Below, one piece after another: positions 26,537 to 49,635 of a stretch of 64,000 nt of DNA. This stretch comes from Escherichia coli (GTDB taxonomy: Bacteria > Pseudomonadota > Gammaproteobacteria > Enterobacterales > Enterobacteriaceae). The notes under the pieces were generated by a model. It worked only from the letters and a program-made list of their open reading frames with translations, made no database searches and was not told where the DNA came from. The number at the start of each line of letters is the position of its first letter. The first letter of the stretch is position 1. The translations under genes were made by a program, and so were the position numbers. The DNA is taken from NCBI RefSeq assembly GCF_003334355.1, contig NZ_QOWP01000008.1; one strand, written 5' to 3'.

Positions 26537-27907
26537 ATGTTGAATAATGCTATGAGCGTAGTGATCCTTGCCGCAGGCAAAGGCACGCGCATGTATTCCG
26601 ATCTTCCGAAAGTGCTGCATACCCTTGCCGGGAAAGCGATGGTTCAGCATGTCATTGATGCTGCGAATGAATTAGGCGCAGCGCACGTTCACCTGGTGTA
26701 CGGTCACGGCGGCGATCTGCTTAAACAGGCGCTGAAAGACGACAACCTTAACTGGGTGCTTCAGGCAGAGCAGCTGGGTACGGGTCATGCAATGCAGCAG
26801 GCCGCACCTTTCTTTGCCGATGATGAAGACATTTTAATGCTCTACGGCGACGTGCCGCTGATCTCTGTCGAAACACTCCAGCGCCTGCGTGATGCTAAAC
26901 CGCAGGGTGGCATTGGTCTGCTGACGGTGAAACTGGATGATCCGACCGGTTATGGACGTATCACCCGTGAAAATGGCAAAGTTACCGGCATTATTGAGCA
27001 CAAAGATGCCACCGACGAGCAGCGTCAGATTCAGGAGATCAACACCGGCATTCTGATCGCTAACGGCGCAGATATGAAACGCTGGCTGGCGAAGCTGACC
27101 AACAATAATGCTCAGGGCGAATACTACATCACCGACATTATTGCGCTGGCGTATCAGGAAGGGCGTGAAATCGTCGCCGTTCATCCGCAACGTTTAAGCG
27201 AAGTAGAAGGTGTGAATAACCGCCTGCAACTCTCCCGTCTGGAGCGCGTTTACCAGTCCGAACAGGCTGAAAAACTGCTGTTAGCAGGCGTTATGCTGCG
27301 CGATCCGGCGCGTTTTGATCTGCGCGGTACGCTTACTCACGGGCGCGATGTTGAAATTGATACTAACGTTATCATCGAGGGCAACGTGACTCTCGGTCAT
27401 CGCGTGAAAATCGGCACCGGTTGCGTGATTAAAAACAGCGTGATTGGCGATGATTGCGAAATCAGTCCGTATACCGTTGTGGAAGACGCGAATCTGGCAG
27501 CGGCCTGTACTATTGGCCCGTTTGCCCGTCTGCGTCCTGGTGCTGAGTTGCTGGAAGGTGCACACGTTGGTAACTTCGTTGAGATGAAAAAAGCGCGTCT
27601 GGGTAAAGGCTCGAAAGCCGGGCATCTGACTTACCTGGGCGATGCGGAAATTGGCGATAACGTTAACATCGGCGCGGGAACAATTACCTGCAACTACGAT
27701 GGTGCGAATAAATTTAAGACCATTATCGGCGACGATGTGTTTGTCGGTTCCGACACTCAGCTGGTGGCCCCGGTAACAGTAGGCAAAGGCGCGACCATTG
27801 CTGCGGGTACAACTGTGACGCGTAATGTCGGCGAAAATGCATTAGCTATCAGCCGTGTGCCGCAGACTCAGAAAGAAGGCTGGCGTCGTCCGGTAAAGAA
27901 AAAGTAA
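26537..27907 (+). CDS. glmU: Bifunctional GlcNAc-1-P uridyltransferase / GlcN-1-P acetyltransferase GlmU
   Basis: 456 aa; N-terminal nucleotidyltransferase motif (LAAGKGTRM) and C-terminal hexapeptide-repeat acetyltransferase domain. Confidence 0.95.
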   Translation: MLNNAMSVVILAAGKGTRMYSDLPKVLHTLAGKAMVQHVIDAANELGAAHVHLVYGHGGDLLKQALKDDNLNWVLQAEQLGTGHAMQQAAPFFADDEDILMLYGDVPLISVETLQRLRDAKPQGGIGLLTVKLDDPTGYGRITRENGKVTGIIEHKDATDEQRQIQEINTGILIANGADMKRWLAKLTNNNAQGEYYITDIIALAYQEGREIVAVHPQRLSEVEGVNNRLQLSRLERVYQSEQAEKLLLAGVMLRDPARFDLRGTLTHGRDVEIDTNVIIEGNVTLGHRVKIGTGCVIKNSVIGDDCEISPYTVVEDANLAAACTIGPFARLRPGAELLEGAHVGNFVEMKKARLGKGSKAGHLTYLGDAEIGDNVNIGAGTITCNYDGANKFKTIIGDDVFVGSDTQLVAPVTVGKGATIAAGTTVTRNVGENALAISRVPQTQKEGWRRPVKKK

Positions 27908-28068
27908 TTCTGGCCGGGTAATCCGGTCATCTGGGATGAGGAGATAACATAATCTCCCTCCCACAAGCAGTAACTATAAAAATAACCCCACTCTCTACAA
28001 GGCTCGGGGCGCCCGAAAAAACGGGCATACAGGTTGACCGACAACGATATAAATCGGAATCAAAAACT

Positions 28069-29898
28069 ATGTGTGGAATTGTTGGCGCGATTGCGCAACG
28101 TGATGTAGCAGAAATCCTTCTTGAAGGTTTACGTCGTCTGGAATACCGCGGATATGACTCTGCCGGTCTGGCCGTTGTTGATGCGGAAGGTCATATGACC
28201 CGCCTGCGTCGCCTCGGTAAAGTCCAGATGCTGGCTCAGGCAGCGGAAGAACATCCTCTGCATGGCGGCACCGGTATTGCTCACACTCGCTGGGCGACCC
28301 ACGGTGAACCTTCAGAAGCTAACGCGCATCCGCATGTTTCTGAACACATTGTGGTGGTGCATAACGGCATCATCGAAAACCATGAACCGCTGCGTGAAGA
28401 GTTAAAAGCGCGTGGCTATACCTTCGTTTCTGAAACAGACACCGAAGTAATTGCCCATCTGGTGAACTGGGAGCTGAAACAAGGCGGGACTCTGCGTGAG
28501 GCTGTTCTGCGTGCTATCCCGCAGCTGCGCGGTGCGTACGGTACAGTGATCATGGACTCCTGTCACCCGGATACCCTGCTGGCGGCACGTTCTGGTAGTC
28601 CGCTGGTGATTGGCCTGGGTATGGGCGAAAACTTTATCGCTTCTGACCAGCTGGCGCTGTTGCCGGTGACCCGTCGCTTTATCTTCCTTGAAGAGGGCGA
28701 TATTGCGGAAATTACTCGCCGTTCGGTAAACATCTTCGATAAAACTGGCGCGGAAGTAAAACGTCAGGATATCGAATCCAATCTGCAATATGACGCGGGC
28801 GATAAAGGTATTTACCGTCACTACATGCAGAAAGAGATCTACGAACAGCCGAACGCGATAAAAAACACCCTTACCGGGCGCATCAGCCACGGTCAGGTTG
28901 ATTTAAGCGAGCTGGGACCGAACGCCGACGAACTGCTGTCGAAGGTTGAGCATATTCAGATCCTCGCCTGTGGTACTTCTTATAACTCCGGTATGGTTTC
29001 CCGCTACTGGTTTGAATCGCTGGCAGGTATTCCGTGCGACGTCGAAATCGCCTCTGAATTCCGCTATCGTAAATCTGCCGTGCGTCGTAACAGCCTGATG
29101 ATCACCTTGTCACAGTCTGGCGAAACCGCGGATACCCTGGCGGGCCTGCGTCTGTCGAAAGAGCTGGGTTACCTTGGTTCGCTGGCAATCTGTAACGTTC
29201 CGGGTTCTTCTCTGGTGCGCGAATCCGATCTGGCGCTGATGACCAACGCGGGTACGGAAATCGGCGTGGCATCCACTAAAGCATTCACCACTCAGTTAAC
29301 TGTGCTGTTGATGCTGGTGGCGAAGCTGTCTCGCCTGAAAGGTCTGGATGCCTCCATTGAACATGACATTGTGCATGGTCTGCAGGCGCTGCCGAGCCGT
29401 ATTGAGCAGATGCTGTCTCAGGACAAACGCATTGAAGCTCTGGCAGAAGATTTCTCTGACAAACATCACGCGCTGTTCCTGGGCCGTGGCGATCAGTACC
29501 CAATCGCGCTGGAAGGCGCATTGAAGCTGAAAGAGATCTCTTACATTCACGCTGAAGCCTACGCTGCAGGTGAACTGAAACACGGTCCGCTGGCGCTGAT
29601 TGATGCCGATATGCCGGTTATCGTCGTTGCACCGAACAACGAATTGCTGGAAAAACTAAAATCCAACATTGAAGAAGTTCGCGCGCGTGGCGGTCAGTTG
29701 TATGTCTTCGCCGATCAGGATGCGGGTTTTGTAAGTAGCGATAACATGCACATCATCGAGATGCCGCATGTGGAAGAGGTGATTGCACCAATCTTCTACA
29801 CCGTTCCGCTGCAGCTACTGGCTTATCACGTCGCGCTGATCAAAGGTACCGACGTTGACCAGCCGCGTAACCTGGCAAAATCGGTTACGGTTGAGTAA
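28069..29898 (+). CDS. glmS: Glutamine-fructose-6-phosphate aminotransferase GlmS
   Basis: 609 aa; N-terminal MCGIVG (Ntn-hydrolase catalytic Cys2) and two SIS domains. Confidence 0.97.
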   Translation: MCGIVGAIAQRDVAEILLEGLRRLEYRGYDSAGLAVVDAEGHMTRLRRLGKVQMLAQAAEEHPLHGGTGIAHTRWATHGEPSEANAHPHVSEHIVVVHNGIIENHEPLREELKARGYTFVSETDTEVIAHLVNWELKQGGTLREAVLRAIPQLRGAYGTVIMDSCHPDTLLAARSGSPLVIGLGMGENFIASDQLALLPVTRRFIFLEEGDIAEITRRSVNIFDKTGAEVKRQDIESNLQYDAGDKGIYRHYMQKEIYEQPNAIKNTLTGRISHGQVDLSELGPNADELLSKVEHIQILACGTSYNSGMVSRYWFESLAGIPCDVEIASEFRYRKSAVRRNSLMITLSQSGETADTLAGLRLSKELGYLGSLAICNVPGSSLVRESDLALMTNAGTEIGVASTKAFTTQLTVLLMLVAKLSRLKGLDASIEHDIVHGLQALPSRIEQMLSQDKRIEALAEDFSDKHHALFLGRGDQYPIALEGALKLKEISYIHAEAYAAGELKHGPLALIDADMPVIVVAPNNELLEKLKSNIEEVRARGGQLYVFADQDAGFVSSDNMHIIEMPHVEEVIAPIFYTVPLQLLAYHVALIKGTDVDQPRNLAKSVTVE

Positions 29899-29904
29899 TA
29901 AATG

Positions 29905-29934
29905 GATGCCCTGCGTAAGCGGGGCATTTTTCTT
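29905..29934 (+). terminator. Rho-independent terminator after glmS
   Basis: Hairpin gatgccctgcgtaagcggggcatc-like stem followed by tttttctt, directly after the glmS stop. Confidence 0.8.
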
Positions 29935-30105
29935 CCTGTTATGTTTTTAATCAAACATCCTGCCAACTCCATGTGACAAACCGTCATCTTCGGCTACTTT
30001 TTCTCTGTCACAGAATGAAAATTTTTCTGTCATCTCTTCGTTATTAATGTTTGTAATTGACTGAATATCAACGCTTATTTAAATCAGACTGAAGACTTTA
30101 TCTCT

Positions 30106-30147
30106 CTGTCATAAAACTGTCATATTCCTTACATATAACTGTCACCT
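30106..30147 (+). promoter_or_regulatory. Pho boxes (PhoB binding sites) of the pstS promoter
   Basis: Tandem CTGTCATA(A/T)A-type direct repeats: ctgtcataaaactgtcata ... actgtcacc, about 65-105 nt upstream of the pstS ATG; further weaker ctgtca repeats upstream (~30040-30100). Confidence 0.85.
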
Positions 30148-30193
30148 GTTTGTCCTATTTTGCTTCTCGTAGCCAACAAACAATGCTTTATGA

Positions 30194-31252
<1,059 letters not shown>

Positions 31253-31262
31253 TAAAACTCCA

Positions 31263-31298
31263 GGCCGGGTGCGGTGTTTTACGCCGCATCCGGCATTA
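31263..31298. repeat. REP (palindromic unit) element in the pstS-pstC spacer
   Basis: ggccgggtgcggtgttttacgccgcatccggca imperfect palindrome typical of E. coli REP sequences. Confidence 0.75.
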
Positions 31299-31335
31299 CA
31301 AAATGACTTTGTAAACGCGTTTAACTGAAGAGTAA

Positions 31336-33188
<1,853 letters not shown>

Positions 33189-33204
33189 TATTGCTGACAC
33201 GGTT

Positions 33205-33330
33205 TTCCCCTCACCCTAACCCTCTCCCCAGAGGGGCGAGGGGACCGACCGAGCGCCTTTTTGACTCTGTACACGGTTAACACTTTGCCGGATGCGGCGT
33301 GAACGCCTGATCCGGCCTACGGTAAGCCTG
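33205..33330. repeat. Composite extragenic repeat in the pstA-pstB spacer (C-rich palindrome plus REP)
   Basis: cccctcaccctaaccctctccccagaggggcgagggg imperfect palindrome followed by the REP-like gccggatgcggcgtgaacgcctgatccggcctac. Confidence 0.7.
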
Positions 33331-33331
33331 A

Positions 33332-34144
<813 letters not shown>

Positions 34145-34158
34145 TTCAGGAGTGCGTT

Positions 34159-34884
34159 ATGGACAGTCTCAATCTTAATAAACATATTTCCGGCCAGTTC
34201 AACGCCGAACTGGAAAGTATCCGCACGCAGGTGATGACCATGGGCGGCATGGTGGAGCAGCAGCTTTCTGATGCAATCACCGCGATGCATAACCAGGACA
34301 GCGATCTGGCGAAGCGCGTGATCGAAGGCGACAAGAACGTCAACATGATGGAAGTGGCGATCGATGAAGCCTGCGTGCGCATTATCGCCAAACGTCAGCC
34401 GACGGCGAGCGACCTGCGACTGGTTATGGTGATCAGTAAAACCATTGCCGAGCTGGAGCGTATTGGCGACGTGGCGGACAAAATCTGCCGTACTGCGCTG
34501 GAGAAATTCTCCCAGCAGCATCAGCCGTTGCTGGTAAGTCTGGAGTCGCTGGGCCGTCATACCATCCAGATGCTGCACGACGTGCTGGACGCGTTCGCGC
34601 GGATGGACATTGACGAAGCGGTACGTATTTATCGTGAAGATAAAAAAGTCGATCAGGAATACGAAGGTATTGTTCGTCAACTGATGACCTACATGATGGA
34701 AGATTCGCGTACCATTCCGAGCGTACTTACTGCGCTGTTCTGCGCGCGTTCTATCGAACGTATTGGCGACCGCTGCCAGAATATTTGTGAGTTTATCTTC
34801 TACTACGTGAAGGGGCAGGATTTCCGTCACGTCGGTGGCGATGAGCTGGATAAACTGCTGGCGGGGAAAGATAGCGACAAATAA
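34159..34884 (+). CDS. phoU: Phosphate signalling regulatory protein PhoU
   Basis: ORF-track 247 aa trimmed to [14 protein letters not shown] (241 aa); recognised. Confidence 0.93.
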   Translation: MDSLNLNKHISGQFNAELESIRTQVMTMGGMVEQQLSDAITAMHNQDSDLAKRVIEGDKNVNMMEVAIDEACVRIIAKRQPTASDLRLVMVISKTIAELERIGDVADKICRTALEKFSQQHQPLLVSLESLGRHTIQMLHDVLDAFARMDIDEAVRIYREDKKVDQEYEGIVRQLMTYMMEDSRTIPSVLTALFCARSIERIGDRCQNICEFIFYYVKGQDFRHVGGDELDKLLAGKDSDK

Positions 34885-35079
34885 TTCACCAGACAAATCC
34901 CAATAACTTAATTATTGGGATTTGTTATATATAACTTTATAAATTCCTAAAATTACACAAAGTTAATAACTGCGAGCATGGTCATATTTTTATCAATAGC
35001 GCATTGCTATTTTCTCTGCACGCAATTAAATTAATTTCCGAACCTGGATGTTCGTTATAAAAACCATTAATAAATGACT

Positions 35080-43060
<7,981 letters not shown>

Positions 43061-43136
43061 AACATAAGGCCGGATGTATGAATTACGCTCCGGCCTGTTC
43101 TCCAACGGTTAATTACAAATAGATAAAGTATCCCGC

Positions 43137-43610
43137 TTAACTTAAAGAGTCTGTTTCAGGACATGAAATATCCAATCCGGGCAGACGGGTAATGATTTTG
43201 CTCATCACCACACCTGCCAGCAATGCAGGAATGATGCGGACAACGAGACTGTCACCAGAAAGAATGTTTTCAAACAACTCCGAGGAAGCCATGCCCTTAA
43301 TATGTACAATAACTGCACAATAGATCTCGGTGATAACGACGCCACCTATGCCACCAGCCAGACAACGATAATTTTTCTGTGACCCGATCTTTTCCGGCAG
43401 ACAGGCGACCATCACGCCGGTTAACAATGCAGGAATAGCTCCCGTAGTAATCGACAATAAGAGAAACAATGGAAGTACCTGTATTATTACCAAAAGAACC
43501 AGCGGTTCTTTTGCGAAGAATATGTAGAGGACAAGAAACAGAACACCAATTAACGGTCCTAAAACCGCAAAATAAAGTCCGTGATGTATTACCCGACGTG
43601 AAACAGACAT
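43137..43610 (-). CDS. cbrB: Inner-membrane protein CbrB (YieI)
   Basis: 157 aa, 4-5 predicted TM helices; recognised as CbrB. Confidence 0.8.
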   Translation of the reverse strand: MSVSRRVIHHGLYFAVLGPLIGVLFLVLYIFFAKEPLVLLVIIQVLPLFLLLSITTGAIPALLTGVMVACLPEKIGSQKNYRCLAGGIGGVVITEIYCAVIVHIKGMASSELFENILSGDSLVVRIIPALLAGVVMSKIITRLPGLDISCPETDSLS

Positions 43611-43676
43611 ATCAAACTCCCTTTACTTACCTTTGAGCGCCAATTTAAGCGGGGTAAGTGAAGGGAGTGTGAAGAA

Positions 43677-44342
43677 CTATGCCGTAATATCCCAACCACG
43701 CGCTTTCCACAGTTCCGGTAACTGCGAAAGATGGGTAAAGGTGGTGACTTTCGGGTGAACGATCGGCTTATTGTGCGGGTCAGCGCAGAAGTAAAACACT
43801 TCCATTCCGGCATCTATCCCTGATTGAGCGCCGGCGCTGGAGTCATCGACCAGAATGCAGTTTTCAACGTTCACATTCATCGCTTTTGCCGCATGGAACA
43901 TTAATGCCGGATCGGGCTTCCAACGCTGGATATCGTAGCCGCTGAACAGTTTTTCCGGGAAGTAGTGCAGCATGTTGAGCTTACCCAGCGAATGCTGCAT
44001 TTTGCTGACCGGACCGTTAGAGACGACGCACATCGGCACGTTAATGCTCGCCAGCAATTCGTTCGCGCCTGCGATGTCCGCAAGTTCGGTATCAAACAGA
44101 CGTGCTACTTCTGCGCGGTAAACGTGCTCGGCATCGGCCTGGACCATCGTCACGCCCTGTTCTTTACTGATGATGTCGATGATTTCGTAGAGTTTTACGC
44201 CTTTAAAACGGGTAAAAATCTCCTCCAGGTCAACGTTAATGCCAAATTCCCTGAACATCGTGACATAGGCGCGAGAGCAAATGACCTCGCTATCGACCAG
44301 CGTACCGTCGCAGTCGAAAAATACCGCTTCTATCTGGGACAT
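43677..44342 (-). CDS. yieH: HAD-superfamily phosphatase YieH
   Basis: 221 aa; HAD motif I FFDCDGTLVDSE near the N-terminus; recognised. Confidence 0.88.
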   Translation of the reverse strand: MSQIEAVFFDCDGTLVDSEVICSRAYVTMFREFGINVDLEEIFTRFKGVKLYEIIDIISKEQGVTMVQADAEHVYRAEVARLFDTELADIAGANELLASINVPMCVVSNGPVSKMQHSLGKLNMLHYFPEKLFSGYDIQRWKPDPALMFHAAKAMNVNVENCILVDDSSAGAQSGIDAGMEVFYFCADPHNKPIVHPKVTTFTHLSQLPELWKARGWDITA

Positions 44343-44508
44343 GTCTTTCCTTTATCGTTAGTTTAACGTTTTCGTCATGCCAATTCACATGACGCAATCG
44401 TTGCCGTATAAGCAAATACAATGAAAAAAAGTTATCTTCAGCCGTCCATATTGTCTCATTTTGGTATACGATAGCGACGGATTTTCCCTCCTTGTTCGGA
44501 AATAGATA

Positions 44509-45846
44509 ATGAGTCAACAACACACAACCCAGGCTTCTGGCCAGGGGATGCTGGAACGCGTGTTTAAACTGCGCGAACATGGCACGACGGCACGGACCGA
44601 AGTGATCGCCGGTTTTACCACCTTCCTGACGATGGTTTACATCGTTTTTGTTAACCCGCAAATTCTTGGCGTTGCTGGCATGGATACCAGCGCCGTCTTC
44701 GTTACTACCTGTCTGATTGCTGCATTCGGCAGTATTATGATGGGACTGTTTGCTAACCTGCCAGTTGCACTGGCACCCGCTATGGGCCTGAATGCGTTCT
44801 TCGCTTTTGTGGTTGTGCAGGCGATGGGCTTGCCGTGGCAAGTCGGGATGGGCGCAATCTTCTGGGGGGCGATTGGTCTGCTGTTACTGACGATTTTCCG
44901 CGTTCGCTACTGGATGATTGCCAACATTCCGGTAAGTCTGCGTGTGGGCATCACCAGCGGTATCGGTCTGTTCATTGGTATGATGGGACTGAAGAATGCA
45001 GGTGTGATTGTCGCTAACCCGGAAACGCTGGTCAGCATCGGTAACCTGACTTCTCACAGCGTGCTGCTGGGGATCCTCGGCTTCTTCATCATCGCTATTC
45101 TGGCCTCGCGCAACATTCACGCGGCGGTGCTGGTTTCTATCGTGGTGACGACGCTGCTGGGCTGGATGCTGGGTGATGTCCACTACAATGGCATCGTTTC
45201 TGCGCCGCCGAGCGTAATGACTGTCGTGGGCCATGTAGATTTAGCCGGGTCGTTTAACCTCGGGCTGGCAGGGGTGATTTTCTCTTTCATGCTGGTCAAC
45301 CTGTTTGACTCCTCCGGTACGCTGATTGGCGTGACCGATAAAGCAGGCCTGGCGGATGAGAAGGGTAAATTCCCGCGCATGAAGCAGGCGCTGTATGTCG
45401 ACAGTATCTCTTCCGTGACCGGTTCGTTTATCGGTACTTCTTCCGTTACGGCTTATATTGAGTCCTCTTCCGGCGTATCGGTTGGCGGTCGTACCGGTCT
45501 GACGGCAGTGGTTGTTGGTCTGCTGTTCCTGCTGGTTATCTTTCTGTCGCCGCTGGCGGGGATGGTGCCAGGCTACGCTGCAGCTGGTGCGCTGATTTAC
45601 GTTGGCGTGCTGATGACTTCCAGTCTGGCACGCGTGAACTGGCAGGATCTTACTGAATCTGTTCCGGCGTTTATTACCGCCGTGATGATGCCGTTCAGCT
45701 TCTCGATTACCGAAGGTATCGCGCTGGGCTTTATCTCCTACTGCGTGATGAAAATCGGTACCGGACGTCTGCGTGATCTAAGCCCGTGCGTAATCATCGT
45801 TGCGCTGCTGTTTATCCTGAAGATTGTCTTTATCGACGCTCACTAA
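44509..45846 (+). CDS. adeP: Adenine permease AdeP (YieG/PurP), NCS2 family
   Basis: 445 aa polytopic transporter; recognised. Confidence 0.9.
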   Translation: MSQQHTTQASGQGMLERVFKLREHGTTARTEVIAGFTTFLTMVYIVFVNPQILGVAGMDTSAVFVTTCLIAAFGSIMMGLFANLPVALAPAMGLNAFFAFVVVQAMGLPWQVGMGAIFWGAIGLLLLTIFRVRYWMIANIPVSLRVGITSGIGLFIGMMGLKNAGVIVANPETLVSIGNLTSHSVLLGILGFFIIAILASRNIHAAVLVSIVVTTLLGWMLGDVHYNGIVSAPPSVMTVVGHVDLAGSFNLGLAGVIFSFMLVNLFDSSGTLIGVTDKAGLADEKGKFPRMKQALYVDSISSVTGSFIGTSSVTAYIESSSGVSVGGRTGLTAVVVGLLFLLVIFLSPLAGMVPGYAAAGALIYVGVLMTSSLARVNWQDLTESVPAFITAVMMPFSFSITEGIALGFISYCVMKIGTGRLRDLSPCVIIVALLFILKIVFIDAH

Positions 45847-45899
45847 AATCGATAGCGCGTTAAAAACCCGCCATGCATGATTGCTGGCGGGTTTTTTAT

Positions 45900-46466
45900 T
45901 TAGATCTTAACTCGCTGAATAAACTCACCAAATGCGGTCAATTGCCCGGTCAGGTGGTCCAGCGTACCCTGATCAATCACTTCTCCGGTTTGCGGATCAA
46001 CTTTGTTCTGAATCACGCCGCCCATAAATTCCGGCTTGTTCATCACCATTGCATCGAGGAAAACCAGAATCTGGCGCAGGTGATACTGACAGCGCGCGCC
46101 GCCAATCACGCCCATTGAGCTGGTCTGAATCAATACCGGTTTACCGGCCAGCGGTTGATCCGGCAGGCGGGAAAGCCAGTCGATGGCATTTTTCAGCCCA
46201 CCCGGTATCGAGTAGTTATATTCCGGCGTGACGATCACCACACCGTCAGCCTGACGGATCTGTTCCGCCAGAGCTTCAACCGTTGCTGGAAAACCTTCTT
46301 CCTGCTGTACGTCAGCGTCATACAAGGGAATGTCGGCAATGGATGGTAACGCATTGACTTCCATGCTCGCCGGAGCAATTTTCGGCAGGGTACGTGCAAC
46401 CATGCCATTAAATGAGCCTTTGCGCAGGCTCCCCAGTAACGTAACCACCTGCAATTTTTCAGACAT
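45900..46466 (-). CDS. chrR: NADPH-dependent FMN reductase / chromate reductase ChrR (YieF)
   Basis: 188 aa; flavodoxin-like NADPH-dependent FMN reductase motif (LLGSLRKGSFN); recognised. Confidence 0.9.
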   Translation of the reverse strand: MSEKLQVVTLLGSLRKGSFNGMVARTLPKIAPASMEVNALPSIADIPLYDADVQQEEGFPATVEALAEQIRQADGVVIVTPEYNYSIPGGLKNAIDWLSRLPDQPLAGKPVLIQTSSMGVIGGARCQYHLRQILVFLDAMVMNKPEFMGGVIQNKVDPQTGEVIDQGTLDHLTGQLTAFGEFIQRVKI

Positions 46467-46487
46467 AATGACTCCTGTGGTTGTCTA

Positions 46488-47249
46488 TCAATTTGGCGAA
46501 AAAGACTTCACGGTAGAGAGCTGGGCAAAACGCATCATCCGGCTGGTAGGATTGTTGGCGCGGCTGTGAATATCCGGCAGGCTTTTCCAGCTGTGTTTGC
46601 CATCTAACTCCCAGACACTGAGCTTTTCAATCGCGGGCGTGACCGCCACGGACCACACTAGCACGTCCTCCGCGTCGCATAACGCTTCTACATGATTTAC
46701 ATGAGCACAGTTCAGGCGTCCGGCAATGGGCAGCAGCTGCAGATCGCGCGGATCGTCATTCAAAACATCACCGGTTAGTTTTAGCACGCTTCGGCGCAGC
46801 GTGATGAGCTGCGCCCGCGCTTCGTTAGGATCGTTTTGTTTACTGATCCATAGCGATTCATTGCTGGAAAAGGTGTGGTTATCGGGCGCGTGTGGGCTAT
46901 GAAACCCGCGCGTCGCACGCTGTAGTTCCATATCGAGGCCACATTCACCTTCGGTTGTTAACGCCACGCCAACCATATTCCCGGCATAGGAAATAGAAAA
47001 CGAAGGCAAATTTTTATCACTGAAAACCGGTTTACCTTTCGGCAGGGTGACGATTTCCGGCAATTCGCCAATGCCATACAGCATGAACATCAGTTCTGCG
47101 AGTAAACCTCTGGACGCCAGAAAACGGCTTTGACGATGAGGGGGAATGTTTCGGGCTTCTTGATGACACTGGGAGGGGAGACGAACAGAAATCAGATGTC
47201 CTTCCGTTAAAATCCCTCGGGCAAAGTGAGTCGCCATTTTTCGCTCCAT
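46488..47249 (-). CDS. yieE: YieE, putative 4'-phosphopantetheinyl transferase family protein
   Basis: ORF-track 253 aa; a start 4 codons in (MATHF) is also possible; gene-order position between chrR and yidZ. Confidence 0.7.
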   Translation of the reverse strand: MERKMATHFARGILTEGHLISVRLPSQCHQEARNIPPHRQSRFLASRGLLAELMFMLYGIGELPEIVTLPKGKPVFSDKNLPSFSISYAGNMVGVALTTEGECGLDMELQRATRGFHSPHAPDNHTFSSNESLWISKQNDPNEARAQLITLRRSVLKLTGDVLNDDPRDLQLLPIAGRLNCAHVNHVEALCDAEDVLVWSVAVTPAIEKLSVWELDGKHSWKSLPDIHSRANNPTSRMMRFAQLSTVKSFSPN

Positions 47250-47393
47250 GCTTAATGGTCCATTATGAATATAAGAGTAATCATTTACTGGAATGATGGA
47301 CAGACTAAAGCGGCTAAAAGTTCGATTCAGACAAGCTTATTACAACTTTTTTACATTTTATTGTGAAATTGGGTCGCGTTTCATACGATTCGG

Positions 47394-48353
47394 TTATGCC
47401 ATCGACGCGTAAAGGTTTTTAATGGTTTCCCGTAACCAGACGATCTTCGGATTATGGCTGTTCCGTTTATGCCACAGCAGGGTAAAAGGAACTTCCAGCT
47501 TTTTTTGCTGGCTTTCGTCAAACGGGAGAGGAAGAGCAACCAACGGCAGTTGATGGAGTTGATTGTAGTACTGACAGTAGCGCGGCGCGGTCGCCAGTAG
47601 CAGATTGTCGGGTTGCGCTGCCATAAACAGTGACTGCTCAAATTCCGGCAGGCTCATAGCAATCGTGCGTTCGCGCCCCAGCTCCTGTAACACATTGTCC
47701 AGCGCCCAGGTGTCGCTCTGTTCCCAGCAAATGCTGATATGCGGATAACGTAAAAAGGTGTCCAGATTCCACGTTTCATGCAGTGCCGGATGATCTTTGC
47801 GTAACCAGACGCAGGGTACATCACTAAACAGCACTTCATAATCAATGGCTAACGGTAGCGAGCTTAACAGCTCCCGCGAGCGAGGATGGCTTTCGCGACC
47901 GGAAAAACCAATATCCACTTCACCACGAGTAATGGCATCTAAGGAATCGTAATCCCAGTTACGTAGTTTGATGGTCGCCTGCGGGTAACGTTGGTAGATC
48001 CGTTTCGACAGCGCATTAAGCATGATCATCATCAGCGGCGATTCCGCCGCCAACTCAAACTTCAGGCCGCGCGGTGTCTGGTGGTGCGGTTTATCCAGCA
48101 GCAGATTGCTCATTTGCATCCATTCCGCCAGATTTTGCTCCATGCTGACCATTAGCGGTGTGGGCGACAGGCCCAGCGGTGAGTTCACAAAGAGCGGGTC
48201 GTCAAACCACGCTCTTAACTTTGCCAGCGACTTACTCACCGCTGAAGGGGTCACGTTCATCCGCTTCGCCGCTTTGGTCACGCTGCGCTCCTGCATCAGC
48301 AGTTGCAGACAGAGCAGCAGATTGAGATCAAGCGTGGTGATGGATTTCTTCAT
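47394..48353 (-). CDS. yidZ: LysR-family transcriptional regulator YidZ
   Basis: ORF-track 322 aa trimmed to [40 protein letters not shown] (319 aa), an LysR-type HTH. Confidence 0.88.
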
Positions 48354-49503
48354 GAGCGGCAACGGGGCGTCCAGGCGCGACGAACATAATCAGCAACAGG
48401 CTCACTATGCTACAGGCAATCAGAATCCCGATCAGCATATTCCATGCGCCGATACCAACCACCGCTGCCAGCCAAATCCACAGTGACGAACCGCAAACCT
48501 GCGCAATACCTAAGGTCGAGCTGGCTACGCCCGCGCGTAATGAAAATGGTCCTAACGCCTGACTCATCGCTACGCCAAAACCTACCGAGAAACCGGCGCA
48601 AATCAGCGTGATACCAAACAGAGAAACCGCATGGGAAGGTGAAACGGCAAGGGTGATCCCCGCTGCAAGGAATAACACCTGCGAGGTGATCATCAACGTA
48701 CGTGGCTTAAAAATTCCCAGCGCAAATGGCGTGGAGAATGAAACGGTCATGCTGACGCCAGCGGTCAACGCCATAATGGTGGCGTATTCTCCGCGCTCAA
48801 AACCCATGATTTCCATCAGCAATACCGGCGATGTATTGACGAAAGTGAGGATCACCGAAACGCTGAGGGTGGTGATAACAACACGGCTGAGGAAAAACCG
48901 ATTAAGCAGCGACTCGCTATTTTCTCGTGGTTTGTCCGAAGCAGCGGGGGACGCTGGGCGCGTTTCTTTTAAAATAAACAAAGACAACATCAGTACCGCG
49001 ATGCCCATCATTGCCATCGCCCAGAACAGACTCTGCCACGGGAATTTAAGCATAATCAGATGTCCGAGCACTGGCGCTAACACCGGAATGATGCAGGTAA
49101 TACCGTTGAGTAATGACAGCACTTTAGCCCGACGTCGATCATCCAGCGTGTCGCGCAAAATGGCGAACGCCACTACGTAACAACAGCCTGCGCCCAACCC
49201 CTGTAGAAATCGGCCTGCAAGAAATAACGTGCTGGTTTCAGCCAGTGAACAGAACACCGAGGCAATAATAAATAGCGCCGCGCCGGGTATGGCGACCGGC
49301 TTTCTCCCTGAACGATCGGCCACTTTACCGGCAAATAACATCGCAGCTGCCATCCCCGCCAGATATACGGAGAACGCAATATGCAACTGCGCTTCGCTGG
49401 CATTGAGATCGGCGGTGATGCGCGGTAAACCAACGAGGTACATATCAATCCCGGCGGGATAAAGTAAAACCAGGGCAAAACTACAAATTAAAAAGCGGGA
49501 CAT
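48328..49503 (-). CDS. mdtL: MFS multidrug efflux transporter MdtL (YidY)
   Basis: 391 aa, 12-TM MFS; recognised; 3' end overlaps the yidZ start. Confidence 0.9.
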
Positions 49504-49635
49504 GGGCTAAAGCGTCCTGATAGTAAGGTGACGCAAAGCATACGTGGTGAAGGAGAATCAGGCGAGTTGCCATTTGGACAAAAGAGATTTCCTGACAGGC
49601 AAGAAGCCAGCGAAATGGCTGGCTTCTTGAAGGGA

